From the NCBI GenBank assembly GCA_965223905.1, contig CBDCXV010000001.1, positions 1,656,784 to 1,720,783 on the forward strand: a DNA stretch of 64,000 bases, given 5' to 3'. Origin of the DNA: Candidatus Latescibacterota bacterium. Its GTDB lineage: Bacteria; Latescibacterota; UBA2968; UBA8231. Positions 59,138-64,000 of the stretch are shown piece by piece (the first letter of the stretch is position 1; the number at the start of each line of letters is the position of its first letter). The notes below the pieces were generated by a model. It ran no database searches. It worked only from the letters and a program-made list of their open reading frames with translations, and was not told the origin of the DNA. A program made the translations under genes and the position numbers.

Positions 59138-60465
59138 CAGTAGTGTCCGGTTATAAGTCAAATAAATTCAACTGGTTACAAGAGTATGCCGATTGGTTTT
59201 GGAGGTGGATTTCTGTAAGTACCTGTAAAATATCAACTTTCTCGAAAAGTGACACGGTGAGAATTTGCAGAATTTCGGAGAGACTGCGCTCGACCCGCAG
59301 CTGCTTCTTCATGATGGCCACCATCACGTACATGCTGATGGCGATCCAGATTTGAGTCTTTACCGCGTTCTCGGAGGTACCGAAAAATGACTTGATGCGC
59401 AGGTGCTGCTTGATCCACTTGAAGAACAACTCCACCTGCCAGCGACATCGATACAATTGGGCGATGGTAAAAGAAGGGAGCAGGAATTGGTTGCTCAGCA
59501 AGACCAATCGCTTCTTCGACTCGACGTCGAAAAAACTTATGCGGCGAAGCGCATCCGGGTATTCTTTTTTGGTCTGGGGGCCGCACAGGACAATGCGCTG
59601 GTCGCTACGCACGCCGGTTGTTTTGTCGACGCCACGCGAGGCACGCCGGCGATAGGCCAGATTGCGTTTGGCTCGAATAACAAAGAAAGCGGCCTGCTCA
59701 GTGAAGGTATACAGCCGCGCAAAGTCGATATAGCCGCGATCCATGATGTAGAAGGCGCCCGGTTCCAGAATCAATTCGTCGAGCAGGCCGACATCGTGCG
59801 TCTTCCCCTCTGTAATGCGAATAAAACAGGGGATATTGCCGCGTAGATCCATCAACGTGTGCAGCTTGATGGCGGCTTTGCGCTGACGGAATCGGGCCCA
59901 CGGAAACAGCGAAAGACACAAGTCAATGGTGCTGGAATCGAAGACATACGCAGTCTCTTCGAGTTGTACTCCGAAGTCGTCTTGGCTGTATAGCTTGCGG
60001 GCGTGGCCAATGAGCACCTGAGCGAAGTCGGCATAGATGCGCCAGTCCCGGTGCTCGTTGGCATCGGCCAGGGTGCTCCGGGAAACCGGGTATCGAATGC
60101 CGGCATGATACAGCTTGGACTGCATCGCGCGTAAACAGGTCTCGATGTCCCGTAGGCTTTCCCGACCGGTCAGTTGCGCAAAGGCCATGCACAGAAACTG
60201 ATCGCGACACTTGAAGTGCCGTGTCCTGTAATTGCCATGATACCGACGCACGCATCGGTTGAACTCGTGCCTGGGTAGGAAATCCATGAGCTGTGAGAAT
60301 ACCATTCGTCCCGTATGCATCGGCCATTCCCTCACTGGTTAAATGCAGTGCTGAATGGCCCAAATCTACGATCGATTTCAAATCGAAAACGGTCATTTAT
60401 TCGCCCAACTCATTGTAGATTAGTTATTTACACAATTCTTCAAAACGCTCAACCGGACAGTAGTG
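59138..60465 (-). mobile_element. complete IS4-family element
   Basis: 15-bp IRs CA(G/C)TA(G/C)TGTCCGGTT (13/15). 9-bp TSD ATAGGAAAC at 59129-37 and 60466-74. Confidence 0.93.
59151..60320 (-). CDS. IS4 family transposase (DUF4372 + DDE_Tnp_1)
   Basis: VFSQLM, FAQLTGRESLRDIE, DSSTIDL, MDRGY, YRCRWQVELFFKWIKQHL (YREK motif). Confidence 0.95.
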   Translation of the reverse strand: MHTGRMVFSQLMDFLPRHEFNRCVRRYHGNYRTRHFKCRDQFLCMAFAQLTGRESLRDIETCLRAMQSKLYHAGIRYPVSRSTLADANEHRDWRIYADFAQVLIGHARKLYSQDDFGVQLEETAYVFDSSTIDLCLSLFPWARFRQRKAAIKLHTLMDLRGNIPCFIRITEGKTHDVGLLDELILEPGAFYIMDRGYIDFARLYTFTEQAAFFVIRAKRNLAYRRRASRGVDKTTGVRSDQRIVLCGPQTKKEYPDALRRISFFDVESKKRLVLLSNQFLLPSFTIAQLYRCRWQVELFFKWIKQHLRIKSFFGTSENAVKTQIWIAISMYVMVAIMKKQLRVERSLSEILQILTVSLFEKVDILQVLTEIHLQNQSAYSCNQLNLFDL

Positions 60466-62002
60466 ATAGGAAACAGTGGAAAGGACAACGACAGCGGATA
60501 CGGAAAACTTGAACTTCCAGTTATGCAAATTGCCACATCCCCTCGAATCACTTCGGTGTCCCCCAGCCGGGTGCGATACAATCAGGTCGTGACCATCCGC
60601 GGAGCCGGTTTCGGTGCGAACCGGGGCACGGGCAGGGTGATTTTCTACCAGGGAAAGGGACTGAGCCCCTCCCGGTATGTGAGCTGGAGCGATACCCGGA
60701 TTCAGGTGCGGATACCCACTGGAGCGCGTACTGGCAATCTCCAGGTCGTGACCGCCAACGGAAACGACACCTTCCGGCTGACGATCACCTCTCCCTGGGT
60801 CAGAAGCATCTCCCCCCGCAGCGGCAGATCCAATACTCTTGTTACCGTTACTGGGAGCAATTTCGGCTCTTCGAGGGGGAGCAGCTCGGTAAGGATCGGC
60901 TTTGCAGCGATTCCTTCCTTTACCACCTGGTCGAACAGCCGAATCCAGTTCCGCATTCCCGTCAACACGCGATCGGGGCATCTCAGCGTCAGAACTTCGG
61001 AAGGAACGAGCAACACCGTCTTCCTGGAAGTAACCAGCCCCTACCTGAGCAGGGTTTCTCCCACCCGCGTGGAACCAGGGGATCGTCTGACGCTGACGGG
61101 AGCCAAATTCCGAACCACCCGAGGTGCCGGTTACGTCCTGTTTTCACCGAACGTCCGCCCTGCGTCCGGAGATTACGTGACTTGGAGCGACACCCGAATC
61201 GTCGTCGAAGTTCCTTCCCGGGCGGAAAGCGGAAACGTCAAGGTCGTTACGCTTTATGGGTCATCCGGGAACAGGCGTATCGAGGTGGAACGGGAAGAGT
61301 TGGAACCGCTCCCGAGCACGGGGATCTTCGGCTACGATCCCCCCTCCCTTACGAAGAATCCGAAAAGGGTCAGGTTCGGCTTCGAGGGAATCGGGGAAGA
61401 TGTTGCGATGACGTGGACTTTGAAAAACGACTCCGAAATCGATGTTCTGGTTAACGGTCGGCATAATTTATCCGTTGAGAAAAGCGACGATTGGAAATCC
61501 TGGTGGACCCTTCTCAGCCAGGCAGATCTCCATTCCGGCCGGAACGTGATCGAATTTCGCAACCGATCGAACCAGAATCGCTCTTCTTCCTTTACCCGCT
61601 GGCAGTTGAAGGACGTGAAACTGTGGAAACCCTTCAGTGCGAAGCCGATTGCAGGAGCGACCTTTTTGGGACCCTCCCGCCCGGTTCCCGAAACGGCCCT
61701 GGGGGATCCCTTTCCCACGCCGTTCAATGCCAGCGTCACCGTTCCCTTCACCACCGCTGCCGCCGGCCAGGTACGCATCTCCCTCTTCAACCTCATGGGG
61801 CAGCAGGTTCGCGTCCTGCACGACGGCTGGACCGGGGCCGGGGAGCACCAGGCCTACTGGGACGGCCGCAGCGATTCCGGGGCGGAAGCCGCCTCGGGTA
61901 TCTATTGGGCATTGCTCAGGACCGATGAACTCATGCAATCTACCAGACTGGTGCTGATCCGATGAGCGACAAGGTGATGAAACATGATAGAAAGGTGACT
62001 CC

Positions 62003-62779
62003 ATGGATCTCGGACTGACCGGTAAAATCGCCCTCGTTACCGGCGGCAGCCGCGGCATCGGCCGCGCCACCGCCCTCGGCTTCGCCCGCGAAGGCTGCCG
62101 GCTCGGCATCTGCTGCCGGGGAAGCGAGGGGCTCGAGCGGATGCTGGGGGAGCTGGATTCCCTCGGGGCCGAGGCGTTCGGAATCTCCGCCGACGTCATC
62201 CGGCCCGGGGAATGCGAGCGCTTCGTCGCCGCCGCGGCCGAGGCCCTGGGAGGGGCCGACATCCTCGTCAACAACGTCGGCGGGGCTGCCGGGGGCACCC
62301 TCGAATCCTCCAGCGACGAGGACTGGGCCGCCACCTTCGACCTCAACCTGTTTCACGCGGTGCGCGCCACCCGCGCCGCCCTGCCCCACTTCCGGAAGCG
62401 CGGCGGCGGCAGCGTCGTGATCATCTCCTCGATCTCCGGCTGGAAGCCGGCTCCCACCGGGGCGCAGTACGGCTGCGCCAAGGCGGCGGAGATGCACCTC
62501 GCCGGTGCCCTGGCGATGGAGCTGGCCCCGGACAACGTCCGGGTGAACACCGTGTGCCCGGGCTCCATCCTTTTTCCCGGCGGCGGCTGGGACCTGATGC
62601 AGGGCAGGGAGCCGCAGGAGTTCGGCGAGTTTGAAAAACGGGAGTTCCCCGCGGGCCGGCTCGGCGGCGCCGAGGAGGTCGCCGACGCCGTGGTCTACCT
62701 GGCTTCGGAACGGGCGAGCTGGATCAACGGGGCCGCGGTGCCGGTCGACGGAGCCCAGGGGCGGCCGTCGATTTTCTGA
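62003..62779 (+). CDS. SDR family oxidoreductase
   Basis: TGGSRGIG, LVNNVG, YGCAK, VRVNTVCPG, VDG. Confidence 0.93.
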   Translation: MDLGLTGKIALVTGGSRGIGRATALGFAREGCRLGICCRGSEGLERMLGELDSLGAEAFGISADVIRPGECERFVAAAAEALGGADILVNNVGGAAGGTLESSSDEDWAATFDLNLFHAVRATRAALPHFRKRGGGSVVIISSISGWKPAPTGAQYGCAKAAEMHLAGALAMELAPDNVRVNTVCPGSILFPGGGWDLMQGREPQEFGEFEKREFPAGRLGGAEEVADAVVYLASERASWINGAAVPVDGAQGRPSIF

Positions 62780-63001
62780 CGCCTCGAATTTCTCGGCTCC
62801 CCGGGCGAATCGATAAGGAGCTGTGGCGGTGGCTCTCCTGCTCGACCCATTATTTTCCCGTTCGATGAACACGGACGGCGAATTCGGCTTTGGGGCCACC
62901 CAGTACGGCACCTACATTCATCGGCAATCCGAATCGATCGTTGCGATCAGCTTGGCCAAAACTTGGGCTGCCATGAATAGCTTCCGCTGAGGACGTCGAT
63001 T

Positions 63002-64000
63002 TTGAGCTTCCCGATCCGCCCCGCCAGAACCGCCGCATTCGCCATTCTCCTGCAGGCTGTTTCCCCCTGCGCCGACCTGCACGGCCAGGAGATCGTCCGC
63101 TGGGGGAGCGCTTCCCCGACAGGCGATCCGGAGGGTTTCCAGGTCACCGGTTTTTCGTGGGAAGAGTCTACTGCCCTTCCGGGCGCCTCGACCTTCCAGC
63201 TCGGCATGGACGACGGGGGCATTCGCGTCCCGGAGATCGACCCCGGCCTCAACCTGGCGCCGCTCGGCAATCCCCTGGCCTGGAGCAAACGGGACGAAAT
63301 CTTCGACAACGACCCGGAGACGTCGTGGCGCGATTTCGGCTTCACCTGCGCCGGCCTGGTCTGCGGCGAAGGAGCCTGCGCCAAGTGCGACGACATCTAC
63401 TACGCCGGGGCCACATACGAGGTCGATCTCGGCGCCCTGTACCCCGTCGACCGCGTGGTCATCATTTCGGGCCTGAACGACCCCGCGGTGACGCTCAGGG
63501 ACTTCGCCATCCATCTCAGCCCGAACCTGCCCTCCAGGGGTTTGTGGTGCTGCCCCGTGCTGCGTCCGTTCGTTACCGAGATTCGCGACAACCGCGAGCA
63601 GATGCGTACGGTGCACCTGCCCGGGCTGGAACCGGTGCGCTTCATGCAGGTCGCGGTCGGGGAGCGCGAGGAGGGCTGGGAGATCAACGACATCCAGGTT
63701 TTCGGAACCGGCTTCGTCCAGGAAGCGACCTACGTCTCGAACATCATCGAGTTCGACGGCCCGGTCGCCTGGGGGCAGTTGCGCTGGGCCGGGTTCCAGG
63801 GCGAAGGGGCGCGCGTGATGGTGCAGACGCGCACCGGCTCCGACCCGGACCCCGAGCTCTACTGGCGCTTCACCGGAAGAGGATCCGATCGCGTAGAAGT
63901 CACGCACGAGGAATTCGAAAGCCTCAAGGTCGGGGAGCGCGCCGGCACGACCTACAACCGTTCCCGCTGGAGCTTCTGGTCGGCCCCATACGATTTCGCG
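63002..64000 (+). CDS. secreted protein with discoidin/galactose-binding-like domain (runs off the window; not in the ORF track)
   Basis: Open frame from TTG 63002 (GAGGA RBS): signal peptide, FDNDPET.W, VDLGALYPVDRV, WEINDIQVFGTGF, WGQLRW, VQTRTGSDPDP, WSFWSAPYDF. Confidence 0.8.
   Translation, partial: MSFPIRPARTAAFAILLQAVSPCADLHGQEIVRWGSASPTGDPEGFQVTGFSWEESTALPGASTFQLGMDDGGIRVPEIDPGLNLAPLGNPLAWSKRDEIFDNDPETSWRDFGFTCAGLVCGEGACAKCDDIYYAGATYEVDLGALYPVDRVVIISGLNDPAVTLRDFAIHLSPNLPSRGLWCCPVLRPFVTEIRDNREQMRTVHLPGLEPVRFMQVAVGEREEGWEINDIQVFGTGFVQEATYVSNIIEFDGPVAWGQLRWAGFQGEGARVMVQTRTGSDPDPELYWRFTGRGSDRVEVTHEEFESLKVGERAGTTYNRSRWSFWSAPYDFA

Larger units (their letters stand above)
55859..61965 (+). 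pseudogene. S8 subtilase with IPT/TIG repeats and FlgD/T9SS-like CTD, split by two IS elements
   Basis: VAVIDVGF (Asp), HGTACAE|IVYDVAP (His, across IS66), AAGN, FGTSAAAPHVAG (Ser), VDIGN|SGKDNDSGYG (across IS4), three IPT repeats, PFPTPFN...SGIY. Frames rejoin when each IS and one TSD are removed. Confidence 0.92.

Overview
High-GC bacterial chromosome segment. Its gene repertoire suggests, by inference only, Ca. Latescibacterota or a related lineage, possibly sponge-associated: DUF6785-type membrane proteins, FG-GAP/ASPIC proteins, FlgD/T9SS-like C-terminal domains, C-terminal (S/T)WGxxK tails, and many PhyH, SDR and enolase-family catabolic genes. A GC-rich backbone of catabolic and housekeeping genes (acetamidase, aldose epimerase, fused spermidine synthase, GH2, HpcH aldolase, MlrC, M16 protease, mannonate dehydratase, SelO, MFS) is interrupted by lower-GC accessory patches. 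These carry a stand-alone MAD3/MAD4-like ATPase pair, an AAA_14-DUF4143 ATPase with three 23-bp-period upstream repeats, an AAA_21 ATPase plus PIN-like pair, an AbiEii-like/HTH pair with a palindromic operator, and two large secreted proteases that are both inactivated: an M9 collagenase (nonsense plus frameshift) and an S8 subtilase (split by complete IS66 and IS4 elements). The most striking structure is that at two independent loci (21.5-24.0 kb and 43.5-49.7 kb) accessory cargo is bracketed by diverged duplicate pieces of the flanking core genes with no integrase, as if alternative alleles of a variable locus were stacked in tandem. Other leads are a PhyH-family enzyme with the halogenase-type HxG iron motif, a recurrent C-terminal (S/T)WGxxK motif on secreted proteins, and several deletion scars. 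No rRNA, tRNA or CRISPR array was recognised. All family calls are from motif recognition by eye, not database searches.
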